NCBI GenBank assembly: GCA_000165425.1
Contig: CT868285.1
Span: 62,001 to 126,000, forward strand
DNA length: 64,000 nt
DNA from: Paramecium tetraurelia
Taxonomy: Eukaryota
Direction of reading: 5' to 3'
Positions 41,078 through 52,739 of this stretch are shown here, one piece after another; position 1 is the first letter of the stretch; each line of letters begins with the position of its first letter. The notes below the pieces were generated by a model. That model saw only the letters and a program-made list of their open reading frames with translations, had not been told where the DNA came from and did not search any database. The translations under genes and the position numbers were made by a program.

Positions 41078-41405
41078 TTTTAATTTAATTTTAGAAGTGA
41101 ATAATATAATCACTAATGTGATATATACTGATTCCTCAAGATATAAGACATGTAAGATTCTGAATTTAGTAATCCAAATAATATTATATTCTAAAATTAG
41201 AAACTCATTTAATTTTAGTAGATTGAAGATTTTTGAAGACTCTATTTGAGTATTTGGATTAAAGGGATACCGAAGGCATCGAATAATTAGTAATGTGATG
41301 CGATTATTTTAAGAATAATCTTAAATTTAGAATCGCTTTTTAGTACAAAAGGTTATTGATTTAGTTTATTAAATAATTAAATATTCATAAGCACAATAAC
41401 CTTTT

Positions 41406-42639
41406 TCATGCTGGCTAATAGAGACTGAACTATTTAAGGTAAATTAAGAAATTACTTTATCGGGATCTTTAGAATCGGTTGTGGATGTATGAGATGGACT
41501 GGCTATTCTATATGGGGAGTTCTACAAACTTGATTACAAAGAGTAGTTATTGCTGGCTATATTAGGTTTAGGTTTCATTTCTTACGTAAATATGAATTGA
41601 TATTGGGAGCAGGCAATGCTAATTGCTATTGCTACTGTTGACGGTTGTATGTAAAAACATTTGGATCAAACTAGAAACAAAATTCTGAGAACTCTTATTG
41701 CATATTTAGTGTTTTTACATTAATTCTGCCTTGAAAAAAGATAGTGGATTGGACTGTTATACTGATAATGTGAATAGGGCGATCCGATTGAATTATATTG
41801 GTTGTTTTCGTTATATGGTACAATGTAATTGGATTCAGATCTGCCAGGAGAGTGCTCTTCGTATGAATTTTTGAGAATATCTCCTATCTAAAGTGCTATA
41901 TTGTTAGATCAATGAATTGTATACAAATTTGAGGGAGATTGGACACAATTTTTGCTAGAAGAATGGAAATCGTATCAAATTTTTTATTGAACTGTTGTTG
42001 CATTTAATTTATACACTTTTTTAGGGATGATCTCAATACTTATGAAATGGAGTGATTTGAACGGCTAACTGTGGCATTAGATTCAGCTGAAGCTGTAAAG
42101 TCAGCTTGCATTTTAGTTTATGAATTTTAAATGTCTCTCACTATTTGTCTCATCTCCTCGTGTTCTCTTTTGTAGTTTTCTAGTTCCTAGTTATTGTCTT
42201 TGGTTTCTATTTTTTGTTCTGACTCCTCTTAGTTTCTTCTACGAATGTATTGGAGCATACTTCTAAAAACAGAATTATTTTGATTTCTTACTTGAGGCCT
42301 CTTCTAAACCATTTGTGTCTGAATTCACTCTACCCATATTAGTTTTTTGTCTTCTTAAAATTGTACATGTTCAACTATCTAATGTAAAAAGCACTACAAC
42401 CTCAGAAAACTTGGGTAGTTTTTGTGTTTGAAGTAATTGGCAAGTACTTTGGATGCCAATTCATTCGTGTTGAAAACGATGAATGCATTTCCTTCTTGAT
42501 TCCACCCAATAATGTGCGATAGTGTTGAATTCTCGAAATGTAATGAATTTATTACTTCTAGTATCTCGTATGTTTTTAAAAGGAACGATGGCACATTGAC
42601 CTTGAGAGGGGGAAGCTCATTGATCTCTTAATTTGACAT
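41406..42639 (-). CDS. Heat shock transcription factor (HSF DNA-binding domain)
   Basis: VPSFLLKTYEILE/NSTLSHIIGWNQEGNAFIV...LANYFKHKNYPSFLRQLNMYNFKK...EFRHKWFRRG...LQYIRRR, followed by a coiled coil and Q-rich tail. Confidence 0.95.
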
Positions 42640-43070
42640 TATAATAATATTAGGAATTTTCAAGAATTTATAAGACTCTAAAACTAAAAATTCTAATGTT
42701 ATAATTAAACATCTCATTTTCAAAAGCCATCAAAGTCTTTATGCTTGATATATTTATACAAACATCAATGTGGATTGAAGATTTACTTGAATAATATTAA
42801 TATATAAAACTAATTTTTATATAATAACAAAAAAGTTTTAATATTGATTCTAATATTGTTGATTTTGTGACTATAGAATTCTGAAATCAGATAAAATAAT
42901 TAATATTTTTGTCTCAATTTTAGAAAACAATATAATGTTGTAGAATATGTTTAGAATTAGAGCAACCACTCTGAGAAGACAACAAAAGCTTAAATTCTAA
43001 TATTACCAATGTTATAGCTAGAACACATAAATTGTAATGGTATTTTTACTAAGAAAATGATAATATGAAA

Positions 43071-43610
43071 TCACAAATATGTTGAAGTGTAGAAACGAGC
43101 ATGGGTTTTATCCTTAATAATTTCATCAACTTGATTCCATCCCCATTTAATAACTGGCCTCTTATGAGGAGACAGTATGATCATTTGTTTGGAAATCATG
43201 GCCAATTGCATGCATAATCCTGGCAATAAGGAATCATCAGCCAAATGCATGGCATAACTACAGATGATTAATGAATATTCATGATCTCCGATTTGTCCAT
43301 CTGCAATTTATTCAAAGGAAATAGGTAGACATTCTTCTCCAGTTCGTTTTTTGAATGCTTCCATAGTGTAAGGATCAATAGCCACAATGTTTTTGACTCC
43401 CAAAGATTTGAGAATCAGAGTGATTTCTCCACTTCCACATGCTAAATCAAGAACTTTGATAAGTTTAGGTTTCCATTTTGTCAGGCCCATCAAAAGGACC
43501 TACTTTATTTTATCTTCATGAGGATTTTTATAATTAGAGCCGTATTCTTGGTAATATTATTCATGGCCAATTTATTCATAGCCTTCCCTAATTGATTAAA
43601 ACTAATTCAT
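43071..43610 (-). CDS. Class I SAM-dependent methyltransferase (179 aa, intronless)
   Basis: IREGYEQIGHEQYYQEYGSNYKNPHE, VLDLACGSGE (motif I), AIDPY, YSLIICSYAMHL, ILSPHKRP. Confidence 0.88.
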
Positions 43611-43619
43611 ATTTAATTA

Positions 43620-45165
43620 ATGATTCAAGACTTATCTAAAGACTCAATCCAATGCACCTACAAAAGAGGAGCAAATGAATAACCCCAAACACCCCATTCA
43701 CACATAGAATTTGTTCCCTTCAAAAAGATTTACGATGACGCACTCGATGCTGTAGGTCATACTCCTATGGTTCGTTTAAATAAAATCCCAAAAGAGTATG
43801 GCTTAAAATGCGAAGTGCTTGTTAAATGTGAATTTTTGAATGTGGGTGGCTCACTCAAGGATAGAATTGGTGTTAGAATGGTTTTGGATGCTGAAAAATA
43901 AGGTCGTCTTGGACCAGGCAAATCCCTTGTCGAAGCCACTTCTGGAAACACCGGAGTCGGATTAGCTTTGGCTTGTGCTGTTAGAGGATATCCATTAGTC
44001 ATTACCATGCCTGAGAAGATGTCCCAAGAAAAACAAGATGTCCTCACAGGTCTAGGTGCTAAGGTCATTAGAACACCAACAGAAGCTGCTTGGTATGAAC
44101 CTGAATCATTGATTCAAGTGGCTAAGAAGATGGCAACAGATGATCCCAATGTCATATTATTAGATCAATACTCCAATCCATCCAATCCTTTGGCTCATTA
44201 TGAAGGCACAGCTGAAGAAATCTTGTGGGCTTGTGATGATAAATTGGATGCTGTCATTATTTCAACAGGAACAGGTGGTACCATCACTGGAGTTGGCAGA
44301 AAAATCCATGAAAGAATTCCAGGATGTAAAGTCATCGCTGTGGATCCCTATGGATCTGATTTGGCTTTACCTTAGGAGGTTAATAAGACTGACATCAAAA
44401 CATATAAAGTTGAAGGCATTGGTTATGACTTTATTCCCAAGGTCTTAGATAGAGTAAAATCATAAACTAATTTTATAGACTGAAGTTGATGGCTGGATTA
44501 AAACAGTTGATATTGACAGTTTGATCATGGCAAGAAAGTTATTATCTCAAGAAGGATTGTTATGCGGTGGTTCTTCAGGTGCAACTGTTTGGGGAGCTTT
44601 GGAATGGGCCAAGACTCAAAATTTCACTGAGAATCAAAGAGTATTTCTAATTATAAATCTAGATTGTCATCATTTTACCTGATAACATTAGAAATTACAT
44701 GACCAAACACTTGAGCAAGACTTGGATGATTGAAAATAAATTCCTTCCTTATGATGAATTGAAAGAACCTGAACATCCATTAGCTGGAAGACCCATTACT
44801 GATTTGCAATTGCATGAAATTCAACCTTTGGATGTTGCAACAGCCACAGTTGGATAATGCTTGGAAATCTTAAAGACACACCCTGCTGTTCCACTCCAAG
44901 AGAATGGCAAATTATTGTCAGTTGTTTTCTAGAAGAAGATATTGGCTGGAATTGTTAATAAGAAATTGAATCATGTATTTAAGTTATATTATGTTAGGCT
45001 GACCTTGCTAAGAAAGTTCACTCAAAAGAATTTGTGATTGTTCCAAATACAATTGATCTAAATTAATTAGAGAGAATTGCAGAGAGACATGAAATAGTCT
45101 TTGTTGAGGATGGTGATAAACTCAAATACATCACCCCTAAGGATTTGTTAGTTCTATTTGCATGA
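43620..45165 (+). CDS. CBS: Cystathionine beta-synthase
   Basis: GHTPMVRLN, KCEFLNVGGSLKDRIG (PLP Lys), EATSGNTG, MPEKMSQEK, LDQYSNPSNPLAHY, GTGGTITG, YKVEGIGYDFIP, EGLLCGGSSG, LPDNIRNYMTK, and a C-terminal CBS-pair-like region. Confidence 0.95.
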
Positions 45166-45216
45166 TATATAATATGAATAACAAAAATATAATAATTATT
45201 TTCAATACATAAAATA

Positions 45217-47376
45217 ATGGAATTTATTAGAGTCAAAAAGTTTACGGATCCTTTGTTTTATGAGAAGAAATCAAAATTTAAGGAAGATCCTCAAACAAGA
45301 ATTACTGCCTATCATTACTCTGATTAAGCAATAACACTTGGTTTGAGCAATGGATAAATGATGCAATTTCGAAAAAAAGGATTTGATACCAAGCATTTCT
45401 TACAATCCAAAGATTATGAAATCTTAAAGCCTGTGGAGAATAAAAATAATCACAAAGGAGAAATCAGATGTTTGATAATTGAGAAATTCTCTGACAGTTA
45501 TTATATATTCACAGGAAGTGCTGATCGTACTATAAAATTATGGGAAAACGATATCAAAAAAGGGTGTATATAGACTTTATTTGGTCACACTGGATCCATT
45601 ATGGCAATTGCATTTGCTTAAAATAGTTTATTTTCAGCTAGTAATGATAAAGTACTAAGGATTTGGAAATAAGAGAGTGGACGAGAGTTCATGTATCATC
45701 CATGGTTCGTGACTGTGTAAATAATTTATGATTTCTCTATGAAGAAATCCTTGAATCAGCAATCCTATATAACTGCCTTTTTAGTAAAGATGCCTCAATT
45801 TTAGCTTTATGCTGGTGATACTGATGGCTCATTACATTTATTTATGAATTCGCAACCAACTCTCCAATAATAATAGACTTATGTAAAACTAGAAAAAAGT
45901 TTCTTCTCTTTCCATCGATTGCATGTGATTTAGATTATAGAAGTAGAAAAAGACAATGCAATATTCTCAATCGCTTATGATTAAAAAATATTAGGATATG
46001 GTGAATCTGGTGGTAAATTCTTTAGTTATAAGAATCCCCATAAATGTCTGTTTACATCAATCAGATGGAGTCAAACCCATCAAGAATTGATTGCATCTGA
46101 TGAATAAGGCAGAGTATATTTTATGAACATCTCAAGTGATAAATAGGTTCTAGAATTCAAATTATACGAATGCAAAATCTTAGGAATAGATCTTATAGGT
46201 ACATTTTAAATCTATATTTATAGACCATTTGGAAGCATTGGTTGTATATACCGAATAGTTTATTGATGTTTTGAGAATCAAGAGGGGTGTTAGAACAGGA
46301 AACCTTCTAGATTAACACAAAGGACCAGTTATTGAAATATTAGGTATAGATTGTCCTTAAGAATTTGAACCAAAGAAATTGGTATCAGCTTCTTTGGACA
46401 ATACCATAAGAGTTTGGGATTCAAAAGATATGTCTTGTATTTCTACAATTGAAACTGGCGAGAAGAATGAAGTTTCAAGTATGCATTATCTAACAAATGC
46501 TAATCTAGTAGCAACTGGACATGATAATGGTGAAATCAGATTGTGGAATATAGAAATAGGATCATTTTTGATTATTGATTAAAGTAAAGCCAAATCTAGA
46601 CATAACAATACTGTTTGTGCATTAACAAGTTGCACATTTGATAGTGAAGAATATATGTTTAGTAGTGGTTATGATGGTAGAATAAATGTTTGGGAGATCT
46701 TTGAACGTAAACAACGATTAATGGCTAGTTACATTATGCCTTAATTAAAATAGTCTTTGTTAGCCAATCCTAAAGCAACTGCAGATTCATTAGGCAATGA
46801 AATTCTATGTCTCTTATTTGATAAGACAACAAAGAGAATTATTGCAGCTGGAAATAAATGTACAATTTATCTAATTAAATATGTTCACTTATGAACATGA
46901 TGATTCATTTGTTGGACATCAAGACACGCATTACTTGTTTGGCTCTGGATGGTAAAATCCTATTTAGTGGTTCTCATGATAAAACGATAAGATTATGGAA
47001 TCTCAATAATAATTAAGCACTGACTTATTTTTCAGGATTAGACCATCCCATTTAAAAATTGTTAGTCATTCCTGAAACTGGATATTTAGTTAGCATAGGA
47101 ACTGGGTTACTTCTTACTTGGGATTATCCAAATAAAAAGGTCATATCTAAATTTACAAAACCTGAAACATTTAAATGTATAGCCTATTTGGATAGAGCAT
47201 TGTTTATTGGAACAGAAGAAAACAATATTCATAGTTATACTTAAGAGAACAATTTCGAAGACACAGACAATTAATATTAGATGATCGATGTTAATTAAGA
47301 GATAGATGACGATTATATGAAAAAGATTATAGAATAAAACTAATAAATATTACAAGAATTTCAATAATAATAATGA
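45217..47376 (+). CDS. WD40-repeat protein; two apparent +1 frameshifts at 46875-46930
   Basis: Repeated GH...TGSADRTIKLWE, SASLDNTIRVWD, TGHDNGEIRLWN, SSGYDGRINVWE and SGSHDKTIRLWN motifs. Confidence 0.85.
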
Positions 47377-47389
47377 TTCAGTTACATAT

Positions 47390-50363
47390 TCAACAATTAA
47401 TTGATTATTATATTTACTCTTTTGATCTATTTTAAATTGTTTCATAAATTCCATTCTTAATTGTATTTACTGTATAATTAGCATTTCCAATCTATTAATC
47501 AAAAATCAAATCATAAATTTATTGATAGTCAGTCACGAAATACAAATTGAGTCCCTTTAATAATTAAGTTGGTAAATTCAAAGCATCTCCTAAATTAGCA
47601 TAAGGCAGAAGGATATCAACTATATCTAGTGTTTTGGCAGCAATAAGCTTTTATTGTAGACCGCCTTATATAAAAATAGAATATACCAATTTTGCAAACT
47701 TAGCCATTCAAAGAGATTTCTCCAGTCATAGCCAAATTACTAGGGACTGTAAAGTTGGTAACTAAACTAATTAAGGCAGTAGTAATAGCTGTGCCTGCAG
47801 AAGGCCCATCTTTAGGAGTAGCTCCTTCAGTAAAATGCATATGGATGGCTGATTTTGATAGTAATAATTTTTATTCTTCATTAAGATATTTAAATGCATT
47901 TATTTTGGCTAATTTTAATGATTCTTATAAAACTAATTTAATGTTTCCAGAGGCTACAATTTATCCTTTCTTTTCTATTTCACTATCATCAAAACAACTT
48001 TCAACAGTTAAAACATGTCCTATCATACCGCCAACTGTTAGAATGTTAACTTAGCCAGGTGGAAACTTTTTAATTGATCTCTATTCTAATTAAATATCAA
48101 AAACAGGAGGCCCTAAATATTAGGATATAAGTTCTAAGTTTTTATCTTTGGTTAAATCTAAACTTGAAATTGTAGGATCAAATACAACTTAATTCAATTC
48201 ATCAACCTTTTCACATAGATTAGGATTAGCAGTTAATAAATTAGTCGCATGCTTTCTGGCAATCTTTTCCAAACATCTTTTTAATTCTCTAACTCCACTC
48301 TCCTAATAACACCATGCTTTAATTATTTTAGTCAGAGTTTCATTATCATATTTAATCATCTATTATTTTATTCCATTACTTTCTATGCTTTTATTAACAA
48401 GAAAATTAGTAGCAATCTGTAATTTTTCTTCTTAAATATATGCTTAGACATCAATTGTTTCTAATCTATTTTTAAGTGGTTCTAACATTTAGAGTGTGTC
48501 ATTCGATGTTAAAATGAAGATCACATGTGAAAAATCTACACTGATATCCATATAGTGATCTGTAAAGTTATGATTCTCTTCAGGATTCAAAATCTCCAGT
48601 AACGTATAATACGGATCTGATCCACCAGCATGATGTTTTGAGACTTTATCCAATTCATCTAAAATAAAGACAGGATTCATTGTATTTGATTTTATTAGTT
48701 CTCTAATAAATACTCCTGGCATTGAATCAACATAGGTTCTTTTATGTCCTTTAAAGAATGTTGGATCAGCAACACCTGCACAAGAGATGAATCTTGAATT
48801 TCTTTTTAAGGCCTTGGCAATACTCTTTGCAATTGATGTTTTACCAGTTCCTGGGGGACCGTTCAATAAGAGAATAAAACCTTTGGCTTTTTAACCTGAA
48901 TTCTTCAATTTATTGACTGAAATCATTTCGATAATTCTTTCCTTCACCTTTTCCAATCCCTCAATTTCTTTGTTTAGAACATCTTTTGCGTATTGGATAT
49001 CCCATTAAACAGGCTAAAAGATAGTAGGAATTTAGTTTTACAGTGAATTTAGAAAATGGAATACTGAAGACTTCATCTAAATAGGAATTGATCTTGTGGA
49101 ATTCTGAACTTTGTTTATCAAGAAGACTGAATCTTTCGATTTCTCTTTTTACTTTTTCTCTTGATGATTCATCTGTAATGAGAGAGAGTTTGTCTTAATA
49201 TTTCTTAACCAACACCGATTACTTTTGCTAAATTACTGAAACAAATACCTTTTCTCCAACTTAGGATTGAGATCCAGCAGGTCCTCCATAAGACTATGAA
49301 TTGGGAGCATCTTTCAAATAATTCTATCTGATATATTCAGTTGCTAATTTGGCTAATGTTTATTGATGCAATTTCAATAATGAAGAATCTGATTCTTTGA
49401 AGTGTTTGTTAACTAAATCTAAGACTCCTGACATGTTTTCAAGTTGCTTTCTTAAAATGAACATTCTTTCAATATATGTTTGACTTTCTAATAACTATTA
49501 GACAAATTAGGATGTGTTCAATTTCAAATTGCTGGTTTGCAATTTTGAAAGGCCAGCAGCAACTTGATAGACTAACTCATCTATTTGAGTGGCTGTTAAT
49601 TTTTCGCTTGAGTCAAGAAGGGATTACTTCACATCTGTAAAGGCTTCTAGTCTGTCTATTTAACCTAATTTTCTGATTTAAGCTACAAGTGAAGTTATCT
49701 GTTTAACTTCATTTTTGACATCAATCTATTATTCTGCTTAAGTAAGTGGACGATCTTTGTAGGGTATTCCTTATGCGAAAATACCATCTGGAGTCATTTC
49801 AATTTTGGTTATTTTGAATCGGTAATTTTTCTATCTTATTGCTTTAAATCACTTACAGACTTTGAAATTATATCTAAATTGAATGTATTGCTCATTGGAT
49901 CATTGATCAAAATATTCCCATTCGAATCTCTTTATTCCAATACTTTGAGTTCAGAATTCAAATTTTTTTCGACCTGTTTACTCAAAGCAATTCCAATCGT
50001 GAAGATTTCACCATTGTCTGGCGATATGATTGTGTAAAGAAGGGGCTTAGTGATACGTTTGAGATTCCCTATCTTGATTTGGCAATTCATAGGATTATTT
50101 GGAAAGATAGGCTGGACTGAACTAAATAGACAAAAATCAGTTGAGCCTATTTTAGAGTCAACCTCCTCGGGATCACATGAGTAATTTTAAAGAGGAATTG
50201 TTTTCAACTTAATGTTAGAGTTATTGTTAAAACCTAATTTATAATAATCCAATCACAAGTTACCACTACTGAATCCATAAACGCATTTATGTCTTAAAGG
50301 AACTGCCACTCTATTTATCAATAATTAAGAACGACGGAAAAGGATTCTACTTAAACTACGCAT
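47390..50363 (-). CDS. LONP1: Mitochondrial Lon protease
   Basis: Arg/Ser-rich presequence, [19 protein letters not shown] (Walker A), FILDELDK (Walker B), [23 protein letters not shown] (catalytic Ser), AMTGEISL. Confidence 0.95.
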
Positions 50364-50480
50364 TTTAGATATTTATATATTTTAAAATTATTTTATTTAA
50401 GGTATGTAGAAGTTCTTAACCAACACAAGCAATTTAATAAATCATTACCACACTAATTAATATATAGATTTATCAATAAA

Positions 50481-51189
50481 TCAAATCAATCTACGATTGT
50501 CAATGATACTCTTTATATAATACACCTACCATACACTCACCGCGATTATGACTAGGGTTTCTAGAATTGTAAAGTAAAACAATCTTTGATGAGTTGTTTG
50601 CATTGATTCATAACCACTTTCTCTTCTTTATTAGGAAAATTTGGTTTCAAACATTATATCGTTGATTCCATTTTATAAATGCTGAATCTATTTCACTAGT
50701 GGATCTAAATCATGATGCTTGATATGTTCATAAGTGGCATTGTGAATATCTAAGGCAAATGTTACCATCTAATCACTGCTGCCTCTCTCGTTATCAAACA
50801 TAAATTAATAATCTCCGGGCTCAGTAATGTTGACTGAAAACACAGCCTCCTTCTTGCCTGCTTTACTACTTATGATATTTCCTTTTGGATCTTTAATCTA
50901 ATCTATAATGAATGCTTCTTACTATGAAATTTATTTTCTCTTTGGTTGCCATGCTGATAAAATAAGCCCCACGTATTGTTGTTGGATGATGAATTCCTTC
51001 CTCTAATAATTCAATAGCGCCTTGCTTCAATTCAAATGCTATCATATCATCTGGAATAAAGTCTTGCATCATCAATTCCCATTCTTACATTAAATCTTTT
51101 CTATCCTGTCTGTCTTCAATCACATCATTCATAATGTTATCATCTTAGCTTTATATTAAGCCAAATAATAAGAAAAATATAGAGATCAT
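50481..51189 (-). CDS. p24/emp24/GOLD cargo receptor
   Basis: Signal peptide, IKDPKG...GDYQFMFDN (GOLD), coiled coil, then RLFYFTILETLVIIAVSVWQVYYIKSII C-terminal TM. Confidence 0.88.
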
Positions 51190-51261
51190 ATAAATAAATT
51201 ATAAAATAACTATATATTTCTTAAATATTATATCGATGATGTCATTTTAATTCTAATTTTA

Positions 51262-52686
51262 TCAACCTTTATTAAATAGTCTAAAGATATCATCTTTGGG
51301 TTAAGGACTCTAATTTCCAACTGATAATATCGAGACTTTAGGAGATTCATTTTTATTATCATGCCCAAGAAACTAAAATTCAGATCCCAATTAGCTACAC
51401 TCGCATATATTCTAAAGGCCAAAATGTTTCTCCATAAGTAGTTCTATCCGCGATAGCTCATAAATAATGTTTATCAGCCGTAGCTTCTTAAATGCTAAAT
51501 TAAGATGGTCTTGATATTATATTATAAATTATGCGTTTTTATTATCTTCATTACCCTGATTGGTAGAAATTATCTTACCAAGGACATTTCTCTTAACTTT
51601 TACATCTTTTAATTTTGGATAGTACATTTGAAGGATTTCAGTTTCTACCTCTACTTTAAACTGTTAATTATTTATGAAGACTGCTAAGTACTTCAACATA
51701 AATATAACTTAGACAATTGAGCCTACATAGGCCAAGACAGCACTTAATTTTGGCTAGATAATCCTTTCTGAAATTTACAAATTATCAATGCTTATTTAAT
51801 ATGCAAAAATTGCATTCAACTGAAAATTCTATTATGAAAATGATTATGCTATGCTTTATATATACTTGTTATCAATCGATTGATTGATTAAGTTAAAATC
51901 ATTAATATATTTATGCGTAACCAAATTTTCAAATAAGAGACCATTATCAAGGTTTATTTCTTTTTGCTGAATTCTAATTTAAGTATATTGAATATAGGTT
52001 GGAGAAAATGCTTAATATGCTTACTTCATTATATATTCTTTTTGATTTTTTCTAAAGTTATATTATTCCAATTTCATTATAATAGACAAAAACCCATGAT
52101 ACTTTGACATGTAATTATCAATCTCTTCTTGACTTGCACAATTACTATTATCATCTAAGTATTCGTCTAAACATTCAATAAATATGAGTAAATAATTTTT
52201 TGAAGGCTTGTATGACTGGTCATTATTTTATGTATTCAAATTGTTTACTACGAGTGTTCCTTGTTATAATCCCACTGTGAAAGGGTTACTTTCATCACTA
52301 AATAATGGTGTTGGAGGAGAAGCAATCTTATAATTTTCGACAGAAAATATTAAAGGTGTAATTATGTTGTTTTTCCTTCTAAATGGATCATGATTTGTTG
52401 GATCACTTAATTTAAACTAAATAAAGTTCTCTTCCAAGCCTTATTCAGTATAGGCCTATGCTGACTAATTAGTTGTAATAGTGGGAAGGATGTTGCCATT
52501 GGCCCACTCTTAAATCACATATACAAAATAAGCTATACTGAGTACTGAAGCCAAAATGGAAATAAACCCACTATAGTAACTTGAGTATTAAGACTAAGCA
52601 TCATTTGTTAACAATGGAACTGGTATGCTAAATAAATCAATCGATTTTAAAATCTTTTTAAATTCCCTAGGCAAAGATTTCATCAT
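51262..52686 (-). CDS. Ciliate-family two-TM protein with large Cys-containing loop
   Basis: KSIDLFS...SGFISILASVLSIAYFVYVIQEWANGNILPT...DPFRRKNNIITPL...PKLSAVLAYVGSIVQVIF...IIYELSRI. Similar to 21587-23023. Confidence 0.8.
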
Positions 52687-52739
52687 TTTTCTTAACTTAA
52701 TTTATATTTGAAATAATGAAATTATTTAATAATCAATTA

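Noticed and set aside
43757..44068. ORF-track minus-strand 103-aa ORF, and similar antisense ORFs at 47755-48054, 39885-40208, 18011-18406, 9404-9730 and 26018-26305
   Set aside because: They are antisense shadows or wrong-frame reads of well-supported genes (CBS, Lon, bL36, Tim23-like, FYVE, NAA20).
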